The notes under the pieces were generated by a model that was given only the letters and a program-made list of their open reading frames with translations, did not search any database and was not told where the DNA came from. The position numbers were made by a program, and so were the translations under genes. Below are positions 12,141-25,616 of a DNA stretch of 64,000 nucleotides, one piece after another (positions within the stretch are counted from its first letter, which is position 1; the number at the start of each line of letters is the position of its first letter). The stretch lies in assembly GCF_016433145.1 (NCBI RefSeq), contig NC_058130.1, forward strand, positions 126,327,122-126,391,121, in the 5' to 3' direction. The stretch comes from Gracilinanus agilis (lineage: Eukaryota).

Positions 12141-13545
12141 ATAATAAACATTATAGTGCATTTATAGCTATATCCATATATATATATGTGTGTGTGTGTG
12201 TGTGGTTCTTTAGTTGTTTTAGTCATATCCACTTTTTTTTGGTGACTGTATTTAGGGTTTTCTTGGCAAAGATTCTGGAGTGGTTCTCCAACTCATTTTT
12301 ACAGATGAGATAACTGAGGCAAATAGGCTTAAGTGACTTGCCCAGGGTCACATGGCTATGAAAGGCTGGATTTGAATTTAGGTTCCCCTGACTCCAGGGC
12401 TGGTGCTCAATATATTGTGCCAGAGAGACAACATTTCAGGGCATGGGGGACAGTCAGTGAAAAGGAATAGATATGGGAGATTGGAGGGTTATACATAAGG
12501 AGAAAAAACTCATCCAAGAAAGAAGCTGGTAAGTTTTCCTTCTCCTAGCCTTGCCACTCAATGTTCCAGAGCACTGTGGCTTTAGCCATGTTAGGGTGAA
12601 TCACTGAGGAAGAGCCACCCTGGTAAAGCCTTGGAAGAGGGTATCTGTATCAAACAACATCATAAAGCTGTCTTCTTGATATTGTGAGATATATAAGCTC
12701 TGATTGGTAAGAATAATCACGTGTATTCAAATTCACACTGTTTGAAGTTATAATTTTTAAAATAATGGAAATGGAAATAGGCCATGTGAACTGGAATTAG
12801 GTGACTGCTTTATAGGATTCATTATTTGCACTAATTGGAAAATGGCTACAATATGGTAATAAGCATTTTATTCAACAGAATCTTTAGCTTCCTTCCAGAA
12901 TCAACATAGATCTCATCTTTTATGGAAAACCTTTTTGGATGCCCCAGAATTGTTGGGGTTCTTTTCCTCCCCAAGTTATAATGTATTTACTTATTTGTTT
13001 AAATGCTGTACTTCTCCAGTAGATTGTGACTTCCTTGAGGGACAGCTTTTTGCATTGCCTTTTAAATAACACTAACTAATAAAATAATTAGCATTTATAT
13101 AGCACCTTAAGGTTTACACAACACTTTACAAATATTATTTCATTTTATCCTTATTACAACTCTGGGAAGCAAATGCTATTATTATCTCCATTTTATGGAG
13201 GAGGAAACTGAGGCCGACAAAAGGTAAGTAACTCGCCCAGGGTCTGTGTTAGGATTTCCTGCCTTTAGATGCAGCACTATCTACTTCAACATGTACCTGC
13301 CACTTTGTCCATAGTAAATACTTAATATATACCAATTGAATTGAATCTTCATACCTCAAACTTTCCTTTCCTCCCAAAGAAGAGTACTGGTATACAACTG
13401 CAATTAAAACAAACAAACAAAAAAAAAACTGCTACCACATACTTATCTTTGTCATCTCCTCCCTACTGCCCTGAGTCTACTAAGAACCCCTTTCATCTTT
13501 CAAAGGCTACCTTGGAGATACGATATGAGCTATATTTCCTTTAAT

Positions 13546-13563
13546 CCATGTGACGTCACATGG
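13546..13563. promoter_or_regulatory. 18-bp perfect palindrome with central full CRE and two flanking E-boxes
   Basis: CCATGTGACGTCACATGG: TGACGTCA at 13551-13558, CATGTG at 13547-13552 and CACATG at 13557-13562. The sequence is certain; function is inferred. Confidence 0.5.
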
Positions 13564-16500
13564 GGTGACATCCCAGCTCTCAAGCAAGCTTTCAGTGTTT
13601 GTAGAAGGCTCTGGAATTCCCGGTTTGGGATGCCACACCCCTTTCCTAAGTTCAACACAGAGCTGTTCCTCACTAATAAGTAGTTTCACAAATCTCTCAA
13701 ACACCTTCTGAGCTCATTACACGTTTTAAATAAACTGGGAGTACCAAACTGGAAGAAAAACTTGGCAGGGGAGGAAGTTGCCTCCTTGGTTTCTCTTAAC
13801 CAATTCATGACTTTTGCTTGGTCAGTTCAGACTACAAATTTGTGGCACATTTCTTTCTCTTTACTAGGTATGACTAACTCACCAGTCTACTGACCCATTA
13901 GCAATCCATCCTTTATATGCAGTTTTTTTCCCCAGGAAGAATATTGGTCTTGGAATCTGGAAATCTAAAATTGAGTTCCATCTCTGATTGTTATTGATGT
14001 TTAGTTGTTTCAGTCATGTCCCATCTCTTTGTGACCTCCATAGTGGGTTTGCTTGGCAGAGATACTGTAATGGTTTGCTATTTCCCTTTTCAGCTCATTT
14101 TACAGATGAGGAAACTGAGGTAAACAGATTTGCTCAGGATCATACAACTAGTAAGTGTCTGAGGCTGGATTTGAACTCAGGAAGATGAATCGTCCTGACT
14201 TCAGGTCCAATGATCTATCTCCCGTGTGATACCTTGATGTCCTTGTGATCATGGGTAAATCATTTAATCTCTTCAAATCTCAATTGCCTGATCTGTATGA
14301 TGCGGATTCTGCCTTAACATGGCTATTGTAAAGAAAGGGCTTTGTAGAGCTTCAAGGTTTATATAAATGTGAATTCTTATTATCATTCACCATTCCTTAG
14401 ATCTTCGTTCTCTGTTCTTGGCTTCCTACCTCTCAGAATCTCATTTGATACATTCTGGGTACAGACTGGGGAGCATTGCCTACTGCAATTTAAATAGAAG
14501 CTATAAGTGATCATAATTTAAATTAATTAAAAAAAAAGAATCTTCCTGAACTTCCTTGAGAAAGCTGGAGACACACTGGAATATTTCAAGGCGAGGGTGG
14601 GCAAATCATTGCTTCATGCATTTCACAGATGTTGCTGCCAACATTTACACAGAAGAGCAAAAGCAGAAAAGGACTCCCCAGGTTTGGGGAGAATTGAGTG
14701 GGGCGGTGGGTGTTGTTGGCACAGATCTGTGGAGCAGGGAACATTCCATACCTCCAGGTAAGAACAGGAAATAGAATGCTTAGAGCACATGGGTAGGTGA
14801 GATGAGCACTTAAACGTTCTGTTTAGAATTCTTTTTACATTTCCTATTTTTTAAGGCTTCTGAAGGAAAATGCTAGCCAGCCCTTTTAGAGAAGTTCCAA
14901 AGGGTTTTGAAAAGAAGGTAAAATGGGTAAGTTGTAAAGGATGGGCCAAGGAGGTTGCTAAGGAAACCACAGTACTTAAATTATTTGGAACATGAGCTCT
15001 CACCTCAGAAAGGAAAAATATAAGTGGAAAAGGGCATTTTATTCCTGTGAGGTTACAGAGGGATAAGAAAAAGGGAATATTTGTTAGTGAGATCAGCTAC
15101 CCCCAACCCCCTAAATCTTATATCCTCCTGCTTCCTCCAACTAAATTTCCTTAAATTTGAAGCCAGGACAGCTAGGTAGTAGGAGTGGATCAGGCTCTGA
15201 GACTGGAGTCTGGAAGATCTGAGCTCAAATCTGGCTTTGGGCCCTTATTAACTATGTGATTCTGGGCAAATCATTTAACTTCGGTCTGCCTCAGTCTTGT
15301 CAATTCTAAAATGAGAATGTAAGCAACTAGATGGTGCAGTTGCTAGAACCCTGGACCTGGAATCAAGAAGACTCATCAAAATCTGGCCTTGGCTACTTAC
15401 TAGCTATGTTACCTTGGGCAAGTCACTTAATTCTGTTTGCCTCAGTTTCTTCATTTGTAAAACGAGTTGGATATTCAGAGCAGTTTAAGGCTTTCACTGC
15501 TACAAAGGCACCATCTTGTCTCTGTCCCCTCTGAAATGAGTTGGAGAAGGAAATGGGAAACTACTCTGGTGTCTTTGCCAAGAAAACCCTAAACGGGGTC
15601 ATAAAGAGTCAGGACATGATTGAACAATAACTGTCTCAGTTTTGTCAATTCTAAAATGAGAATAGTAATAGAATATTGTGAAAATCAAATGAAATTATAT
15701 TTGTAAGGCACTTAGCAGTGCTTTGGTCCATCGTAATAATTCAGCAAATTAGTAAGTTATTGTATCCTCTTTTCAGAAGTTAATAAACCAACTAGAGTTA
15801 ATGAAGACATAGTAGGATTTGGAGAGGACAAGAATTTCCCCAGTAATCAAAGTGTCTTCAGTACTTTTAGGCCCTCCCTGTGGCTGAGCCAATTTTTACT
15901 ACTCCTAACAACAGTAAATTTGTTGGGTCTGTAATTAATAATTATCATTAATAAAACAACAATAATAATATGTTTATGCAGCACTTTAAGGTCTTCAAAG
16001 CACTTTCTTTAGAGAAACTCTGGGAGGAGTCAGGATTATTATTTCTATTTCACCGGTGAATGACTAAATGAAAAAGCATTTACCAAATGCATATTTGCTA
16101 AATGTAGAAACGCTCTGAAAGCCTGAAACTGGACAAAGACTTTGGGGGCATCCTCTGTGTGTATTTAAATAAATGATATTTTTTGTTGTTCAGCCATTTT
16201 CAGGCATGTTTGACTCTTCATGACCCCTTCTGGAGTTTTTCTTAGCAAAGATACTGGAGTAATTCACCATTTCCTTCTCTAGTTCATTTTACAGATGAGG
16301 AAACTGAGGTGACATAGGGTTAAATGACTTGCCCAGGGTCACACAGCCAAGTAAGTGTCTGAAGTCAGATTTGAACTCACAAAGATGAGTCTTCCTTACT
16401 CCATTACTCTATCCACTACACTACCCTATCTGCCCTCATGTATTATTATTCCTGTGTGTATGTAAACAAATGGATAGAAACACAGGACACATATTTTATT

Positions 16501-17109
16501 ATGTTCATGTGTGTGCTTGCACATGGGCATGTGTTGGCACATGAAATTTATATGTACACACATGTACATGAGAACATATAGTTAACTTGGTTTTTTGGAA
16601 GATCTGTGTTTATATAGCATTATCATCAGTATCTGAGTCATCATCAATGTAGGTCTTCCAATTTTTTAAGCCCTTACCTTCCATCTTAGAATCAATACTT
16701 TGTATTATTTCCAAGGCAGAAGGGCAGTAAGGGTTAGGTAATGGGGGTTAAGTGACTTGCCCAGGGTCACACAGCTAGGAAGTGTCTGAGGCCAGATTTG
16801 AACATAGGACCTCCTATGTCTAAGCCTAGTTCTCAACCCACTGAGCCACCTATCTTCCAATCTTTTGATAAGCCCACTTGAGCAATTTCATCCTAGCCTC
16901 TTAAAAGTAAATTACAAAGTAAATGGAAGTCGAGGTTTGGAGAAATTGCAATTCTCAATCACAAGACTAAAATCTTTACCATTTCACTTCACAGATAGCA
17001 AAAGTTCCCTAGAGCCTAGGTGAATAGAAAGAAGAATGTATATCAAATTATAATGGATTAGGGCACATATGTTAATTCTTTCCAAAGTGATCTGCTTTAC
17101 TCATCTATT

Positions 17110-17505
17110 TTTCTTTTTTTTATTAAAATTTATTTGCTTGTCAATACAATTTAAAATAGTTGTTTTCTGACATTTTTTGATCTATGTTCTTTCCTTCCCT
17201 TCTACCTCTCCACCTCCCCAAGATGGAAGGCAATATGATATATATGCATTTATTTTTCATATGTGCACAGAATTAAAATAAAATGAAAGTTCCAAAAATG
17301 AGTTCATTCACTTAAATTTTTTTGTTTTTATATCATCTTCTTTTATGATTATAGCCTTCCACCTCCACTACTCATCAAATCAATCTTTATGATAATGAAT
17401 GAAGAAGAAAAAAAGATAATTTGGTAAGACCAATTGGTAAAATCAATATATCAACCAAGTCCCACATATTTACAAAATCCTATGCTCATACTCCCTCACC
17501 TCTGA
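17110..17505 (-). mobile_element. Old L1 3'UTR fragment
   Basis: T-rich tail and a ttccttcccttctacctctcc..ccaagatgg..aatatgata pattern. Confidence 0.5.
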
Positions 17506-19539
17506 ACACCCAGCTCAAATGACTCAGTGGATTAAACCACTTCCCCACCAGCTGCCTTGATCACCTAGAGATGACTGCCCTGATTGATGTTTCCTTGACT
17601 GGGATCAACATTTCTTAGCCATACTGCTCACTTCATTACCAGTTCAACTGACTCTCTGGCCTCCTCCTCTGTGGGGAGAGAGACAATTTGGATCATATAA
17701 CTTCAAAAAACAAGTGGAAATTTGTCATTATAAGTAATTGGTAAAAAAAATCTTTAATTAAAAAAATGAACTTTTCCTCCATGATGTTCCTCCTTTACTT
17801 TCCAATTGTCCTCAATGTTTTGTCTTCCCTTATTAGAATGTAAGATCCATGAGAATCAACTCTCTTATTTTCCTGTATTTATAAAACCCACTAGGCACTT
17901 AGCATAACTACTGGCATGTAATAAAGGCTTTATGTATGCTCTGTTTCTTTGTTTCTCTATCTATATATTTATCTGCAAAGGAGGGAAGAAGGTGCCTTTT
18001 GCTCAAGACCAGCTCAATTTTTGAGCTCTGAGTTAACCAACTTTGGTCATGTATACAAAAAGAATGTGTTTAGCTCTCTATGGATGCCAATTTGAGGGCA
18101 AAATGAAAGCAAACAACAATCTGATTATTTAATCAATCCCTCTTAAATAAAATTAGATGAGCTCACATTTACAGGATAAACAGACTAGTCAGAGATTTCT
18201 ACTTGGTTAAGAAATACCAACAAAGACAAAACCCAATGCTGTGGGCACTTTACAGAGCAGGAAAACAGGCATGTTTTGCTTAAGAAGTGTATAATGACTT
18301 TGGAACATGTGACATTGACCCAATTTCATGCCCTTTCCAGAGCTTCAGTTTAGACAAGTTAGACAAGTCCCCTGGGAAAATCAACAGGAAATTCTGCATC
18401 TGAAGGTAATAATGAAAGATGACAAAGACATGGAAATCAAAATGGAGCAGTATAATTGTTTAAACTGTGCAACACATTAAGTCTTTAGGTTGGTTTTTAA
18501 TGTTCAGTAAAACCATTCTTGTTGTTCAGTTGTTTCAGCTGGGTCTTACTCTCCATGAACCCATATGAGGTTTTCTTGATAAAGATGCTAGAGTGGTTTT
18601 CCACTTCCTTCTCTAGCTCATTTTACAGATGAGGAAACTGAGGCAAATAGGGTTAGGTGACTTGCCTAGGATCATACTGCTAGTGTCTATGGGTGGCTTT
18701 GAATTCAGGTCTTCTTGATTCCAGGTCCAGCACTCTTTCCATTGTGCCATCTCACTGACCCTAAGTACATTGAACTTCTTATTAATTGTTTTTCAATGCA
18801 CTTTTCTGGGACCTCTGAGAGCTAGCATAGCATAGCAGGAACCAAGACTAGAACCAAGCTCCTCCTAATTTTCTTCTGGTTTTGATTCTATCATACTAGG
18901 GTGCCAAAGAAAATCTGAGGTGAGGGAAGGACACTGAAGAGAATAAATCATTCATATACCTTCTGTGGAAATGAGGAACTTGACTGAGCTTGGGAAAGAG
19001 ATCAGAACTTAGGACATAGGTTGGGGCTAAAGATTGAGATCTGTGGTTCATTTGTACCTTAGAAATATTGGTTGAAGCAATAGGAATGGAAGAGGGAACA
19101 AAAATGGGTAAAGCACATAAAATCAAGGAACAAACCTTGGAGAAAATAATCTAATATACATTAAGTGCCTATGTATGTAAGGCCCCTTGTGTGGCACTTT
19201 AAGAAATACATTATTGCTATCCTCAAGGAACTTGTGTTCTAAAAGCAGAAATGAAGTGTCTACATAGATAATGAAAATACAAAATTGAATGTAACAAGTC
19301 CACCCAAAAGACAAATAAGAATATAGACCTCCAAGAATTCTAAGTAGGGAGAAAGATTTCTGGCTGGGAGAAGGAATGATTCAGCATAGTTTAATGAAAA
19401 ATGAACTGAATTTGAGAATCAGAACAAGTTGATTTGACTCCTAGCTCTAATGCTTGGGCAAATTGGTCTTTCTGGGACTTGTTTTTTTCATCTGTAAAAT
19501 GAGGAGATGAGACTAAATGGTCACTAAAATGACTCCCAA

Positions 19540-20550
19540 GTCCAAATATATGATCCTATGATTCAGGGAATGCTTCATAGAGGAGGTGACACCTAAGCCA
19601 GGAAGGGAATGGAGGGGTAGAATGAGTAAAAGCAAAGTGGCAAATTGAGGAAATAGTCACAAGGCAATTTAGATAGAGTGTAGGGTATGTGAGGGTGAGT
19701 AGTATATGCAACCTGGAAAGGGAACTTAAAGCTAGATTAGGCATGGCCTTGAACATCAAGTTAACAGATTTGGAGTTTATATAGTGGGCAGTGGGAAGCC
19801 ATGGAAGGTTTTGGAGGAAGGAGGTAACATGAACAAATCTATGCATTTTTCTGGCTGATGTGAAGAACAGTCTAGCGTTGGGACAAAGAATAACCAGTTA
19901 GGAAGCCATCAGAACGATCCACGTATAAGCAATTAAGTCAAATCAAATCAGGGCCTAAACTCAGATTGGAGTGGATAGACTGCTATCCCTGTATTCAAGA
20001 AGACTCATTTATCTTTGTGAGTTCAAATCTGGTCTCAGACACTTACTAGCTATGTGACCATGGGCAGTCAATTAACCCTATTTGCCTCAGTTCTCTTATC
20101 TATAAAATGAGCTGGAGAAGGAAATGGCAAACCACTCCAGTATCTCTGCTAAGAAAATCCCAAATGGGGTCACAAAGAATTGGATATGACCGAAAATGAG
20201 TGGTCAATAATGAAGTCAGATGGAGTTATTGGACATGAAAAGGAAAGAACAGATGGAGGGAGGAGTACTTTGAAGGCAGAAGCAATAGATTGGCAAATGT
20301 TGTTGTAGGAGAACTGAAGGAGGGACCAAAGAGAGCTCCAAGGTTTTGAACCTGAATGATTGGGATAAGAAGAATACTAATAAAAATATGTGAATTGAAA
20401 GGAGAGACCAGTTTGAAGGAGAAAAAAGACAAATCTGGTTTAAACCTGCTGAGGTTGCCACCGGTGGCATATATCCAGTAGGCAGTTGGAAAATGGGTCT
20501 GGAGCAGAGAAGAAAAGGTCAGGGATGGAAATATAGATCTGAGAGTCAAA
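19540..20550 (-). mobile_element. L2 fragment interrupted by a MAR1 SINE
   Basis: The ORF track shows LQNLPWLP.A..I..K and L.RFKPDL.FFS..IQVQNLG, which are L2-like. Confidence 0.65.
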
Positions 20551-20559
20551 AAGAATACA

Positions 20560-21200
20560 TTAGTATTGAAAAGAGATAGAAGGGGGGTAGAACTTGCTAT
20601 TTCTCATCACTGGGTGCTTGAAGAGAAGAATATCCCAACATGCAAGAAAAGGAAGGAGGAGTGGGCAACAGCTGAATCTCATTCTTATCTGAAATGTACA
20701 GAGGACAGAATACTCACACAAGCAAACACAAAGAAATACTTCAAATATAATGGGGATGGGGATGGGGGGAAGGAGAGGGAAAATTCTATGAGGAAGGAAT
20801 AGTCACAAGCAAAACAAACTTTCTAATCTTGAAGAGAGTATTAAAAAGGGAAAAAAGAAAAGAAATTAACTCTATGGGTAGGGGGGAGTGTTAATCAAAT
20901 GGGGAATGGCTGAACAAACTGTGATTTGGGAATGCAAAGGAATAGCATTGCATCATGAGAAATGACAAAATGATTTCAGAAAATCCCAGAATGTATGTAC
21001 GGACTGATACAGAAAGCAAACAGAACCTGAAGAACAATTTATATAAGGACAATATCATTGTAAAGAAAAACAGTTTTAAAAGATTTAAGAACTCTGGTCA
21101 GTGCTATGACCAATTGTGTTTCCAGAGGCTCTCTGAGGATATATTACCTACCTACTGACAGGTGCATCAAAAATATTATGCACTTGAAAACATTATCCCA
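20560..21200 (+). mobile_element. Old L1 3' fragment
   Basis: caaatggggaatggctgaacaaactgtg (L1 ORF2 end motif) followed by 3'UTR-like sequence. Confidence 0.6.
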
Positions 21201-21444
21201 AGAAAGCAACTATAGACTTTGCCAAATGAGTCTAGGACACACAAAAAGGATAAAGAATTCCTGCTGTAGAGAGAAAGCCCCTTTTCTCATCTGTTAATAA
21301 AGATCCTCTATAAAAATGAGAAAAAGGGTACTTGATCTGTATTTTTTTTTTGGACTTTCTCCCCAAAGTGAATTATCCCATAGATTAGAGGGTCTTAGAA
21401 CTTCTTTTTCCTATAAAGTGGTATTTCTGGTAATGACATTTTTT

Positions 21445-21589
21445 TTCAAGTTCTATTGATGCCTTTTTTTAAAAAGTGCATTTATTTATTTATTTATTTA
21501 GAATATTTTTCCGTGGTTATATGAATCATGTTCTTTTCCTCCCTTCCTCCCACCTCCCTCCCGTAGCCAACAAGCAATTCCACATGTGT
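21445..21589 (-). mobile_element. 5'-truncated L1 3' end with 17-bp TSD and a non-L1 segment after the (AAAT)n tail
   Basis: tggtaatgacatttttt at 21428-21444 and 21590-21606; TTTT/AAAA endonuclease site; L1 3'UTR terminus followed by gcactttttaaaaaaaggcatcaatagaacttg. Confidence 0.85.
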
Positions 21590-23393
21590 TGGTAATGACA
21601 TTTTTTAAAAAATTGATTTCAATCTTTACTGTGCTATTGGTAACCAGGTAACTCCACTCAGGCAATAGGACCAAAGTAGGAAAATGAATGAATTTAATTA
21701 CACAGTCCTGTCTTTTAAGCTCTCTCCCCTACAGATTTCCTTGCCAGCAGTATGATTCAACATGGCTGTGTTAATCGCTACCACTCCATGGTAGTGGCAA
21801 GGTTGACTCAATACTCTTAGGAAATGCACGGAGAACACTTAAGGCACTGTTTGAGCTAATTCCCAGAGTCAGTAAGCACCAGGTTGTCATCACTGAGGAA
21901 GACCAAGAGGAAGTCCTGCTTCCCTGGCTCTTTTAAAGGTTCAAGGCTTTAGGTAGAATATTGTTGGCTTCAAAGATTATAGCAATCTAGTAATACCCAG
22001 AACACTAACAATGTCTAGTTATTGGGAGTGTGTGAATAAGAATGTATTGCTATTATTGTATGTTCTTGAATTTTTAATTTGCAATTATGGTTTTTAAAAA
22101 GTTACCTTTGGGATCCACTCCTAGAAAGAGGGGGACCAAGCATGCATTGATGACCCCGAGATATGGCAGCTACGAACTCATGGCAAGTAGTAAGGAAAGC
22201 TGCCTTGGACTCATTTGTCCTAGGTAATATTTCTGTTAACTCAGCCTTACTAGTAAATGGAAAACAAGAGTAGGACTCCAAAGGGATGTGGAATCAGAGT
22301 CAAAATACCAGTTAACATTTTATATGAACGCATTTTAAAGTTTGTAAAGTGCTTTACACATATTATCTCATTTTATCCTCACTACAATCCCATGAAGATG
22401 TTGTTATTATTATCCCCAGAGCAGTTAGGTTGCATAGTAGATAGAATGCCTGGCTAGAAGTCAGACTCATCTTCCTGAGTTCAGGTCTGGCCTCAGACAC
22501 TACAAACTATGTGGCCTTGGACAAGTCACTTAAGCCTGTTTGCCTCAGTTCCTTCATATGTAAAATGAGCTGGAGAAGGAAATGGCAAACCATTCCAGAA
22601 TCTTTGCTGAGAAAAAAACAAATTGGGTTACAAGAGTCTGAAATGACCAAACAACAAAAAGTTTAACAGTCGAGGAAACTGAGGCTGAAAAATATTAAGT
22701 GACTCACCTTGGGCCACCTAAATATCAGATTATAGGATTTGATATCTTCCTTTTCCCAAATCTGGCATTCTAGTCACTGGACAATCTAGTTCCTTCACAC
22801 AGACTGTCAGAGGTGGGTGGTGTAGGGTACCCAGACTCAGAGAGGCCAGCTGTGCTAGGTCAGTGGAGCCTAAGGTACACACAGGATCTAGGTGGAAGCA
22901 ATGATTTCACTGTTAAAGACTAAGTTGCCTTGGAAGACCCAGCTATTAGGATTTGATTCAGGCTTCTTGAAAGAAGTCAGGGCAATGGATGAGAGGGAAT
23001 TTCCAAAAGAGCCTGAATACTGAGATATTAGATAAGAGCGAATCCTCAGGGAAGAATCCTTATCACATGAAATTAGGGGAAGGCATAAGTAGAATTTCAT
23101 CGAGTCATGTCTAGTGGGGTTCAGGGTTAAATATCTTGACATGTGGATGAAGGAACCATGAAGTCATAGGAGAGAAATGCCTGCCCAGGCTCAAAAGTCT
23201 TATTTATTATTCCAGGTTGAGAGCTAAAAAACTGCAGCCTAGAAAGCAGAAGCATCAATCCACTTTACTTCCATGGCCCTCAGTTTCTTTATCTATGAAA
23301 TGCTGGATTTGGTCTAAATGGCCTGAGTTTCCTTGAAGCTCTAGACCTATGAAGTCATGACTAGTCATTGCGAAGGTACAAATGAACAAACAT

Positions 23394-23590
23394 TTTTTTT
23401 AAACCCATACCTTCTGTTTTGGAGTCAATACTGGGTATTGGTTCCAAGGTAGAAGAGTGGTAAAGGCTAGGCAATGGGGGTCAAGTGACTTGCCCAGGGT
23501 CACACAGCTAGGACGTGTCTGAGATTTGAACCCAGGACCTCCCATCTCTAGACCTGGCTCTCAATCCACTGAGCTACCCAGCTGCTCCCC
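23394..23590 (-). mobile_element. Opossum CORE-SINE (SINE1/2_Mdo-type)
   Basis: Same body and tail as the 53942 copy in reverse. Related copies lie at ~16661-16858, 31225-31390, 35935-36098, 50661-50845 and 63788-63925. Confidence 0.85.
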
Positions 23591-25575
23591 AACTGAACAA
23601 AAATAAAAGAAAAGAGGCCTTGTGCTTAGGACAAAGTTGAAACCACAGGAATCTCACAAGATAAAACCTTTCTCCTTTCCAATTCTTTTTTGGTACCTTC
23701 TATATCATTGGGCAACAGATTGACATGAGAGAGGAATGAACCATTCTTCTTCCCCTTCTAGAAAAAAGCTACAAAGACTCTGTGTCCTGCCTTATGTAAA
23801 GATGAGGAAGAGAAAAAATAGTAGGAATATAAATAAATTATAACAAAATAATTAATACAAAAATGATAACAAACCTTTACTCTGTGCCTTTAGCACGCAG
23901 AATTAGAGAATTCAGGTCAGATGCTAAACTAAGTCTAATGAAAAATTAGAACTAAACAAACTAAAGTCTAGTGGAGGAATTAGACATTGACATGGAGAGG
24001 TTTAATACATGGCATTACATGAAAAGTACGAAGTGTCTCAGCGGAGGAGTGACACGATTAAATTTAGACATAAGAACAATTATTCCTATGGTCATGCGAA
24101 GGACAGATTAGAGGGGAGCAGAGTAGAGTGGGATGACCTGTTAAGAGACTATTATGATGATCTAGGTAAGGCAATAATAATGATGATAATAATAATAACA
24201 GGTCTTTTGCAAAGTTTGCAAAGCACTTTATAAACATCATCTCATTTTATCTTTATGATTGGGAAGTTGTTGTTATCATCATCCCCATCTTACAAATGAG
24301 GAAACTCAAGCAGACAGAGGTAAAATGACTTGCCCAGAGTCACAAGCTAGTAATTATCTAAGACCAGATTTTAACCCAGGTTTTCCTGACTCCAGGTCTG
24401 CTGCTCTACCTATCCAGTATTAAGGGATTGAGATGGTGGCCATGGGAAAAGAGATGGAATGGAAGAAATAACTGGATTTTGGGAGGCTGGGAAATCTGAT
24501 CAAGTTTATAGGAAGGAACCAGCAACAAGGGAGAGATTCTAGATGCATCCTTGTGTTTGCCATTTTGTTTCTGCATTTGATTTTTTTTAAGTATCTGACA
24601 GTGAAGTAGGTCACCAGAATGCAATTTCTTTAATAAAACCAAATGTAGCACTATTGATAACATCACAGCCTACACTAAAAAAGAGATATTGCCCTTCAAA
24701 AGTTGTACATTTTTCTAAATATGATGCTATGCCCAATATCTTCTCTACTGGGTATACCTTAATGTCCTTATGCCTTTCAGGGGAAGTACCTTACATCTGC
24801 ATGTATATGTGCCCTTGTGTATGTGTGCGTATATATGTATATATGTGTGTGTGTGTATGTGTGTGTGCATGTATGGATATATAGACACACAAGGACACAG
24901 GTCAATAAAGTATTAGTAGCAACAATTAAATGTATAATCATCATTGAAAATATATTAAGTATCTATTATGCACCAGCAATTTTACTAGGCACTTGGAGAT
25001 ACAGAGACAAAATAGAACAGACCTTAATTAACTTCAAGGATCTTATAATCTACTAAGGGGAGACAACATATACATAAATACGTATATTTAAAATAAATAT
25101 GAAATGAATACAAGGTAGTTTGCAGAGGAGTTAGCAGCGGGTATAGGAGCAGAGCAAGAAAGGCTTCATGCGGGGAATGAAGTTGAACCACTTCCCCCTA
25201 AGGATGCTCCCAATCCATATCTGCCCATTCTTTGTGACTCCACTCCATTGTCAAATAATTTGACCACAGGAGGGTCTGCTCAACATGTCCTAGAGGCTTT
25301 CCTCATGTTCTCTTATCATAAGGCTACAGGACTTCTCCAATTGCCCCTTGATTTTGCTACAGGAGAGGTCCATTTTTTTTTTCATATACATTTCTCTGAT
25401 TTCATGCCCATACGCTGCATAATGCAGTATGTGTTTTTGAATTTAATTACATAGTGGTAACTTCTAATTCCCTGCTATAATTTGGAAATCTGTTTTCTTG
25501 GTGAGGCAGAGGCAGCTAACATACTCGAAACACAGTGGCTGCCGTGGCTGAAAGCTACAATGTACTGGGGAAGGG

Positions 25576-25578
<3 letters not shown>

Positions 25579-25612
<34 letters not shown>
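25579..25612. repeat. (AG)17 microsatellite
   Basis: Direct read. Confidence 0.95.

Positions 25613-25616
<4 letters not shown>

Noticed and set aside
14755-14763. Strong plus-strand donor CAG|GTAAGA near a GC box, suggesting an antisense exon
   Set aside because: Isolated donor matches are common, and no acceptor, ORF or promoter evidence could be tied to it.
17506-17780. Unassigned segment ending in A-rich runs, possibly a retrocopy
   Set aside because: No convincing TSD (only tgaac) and no recognisable source.
18352-18370. p53-like tandem agacaagtt agacaagtcc
   Set aside because: The half-sites overlap by one base (9-bp period), so it is better explained as a small tandem duplication.
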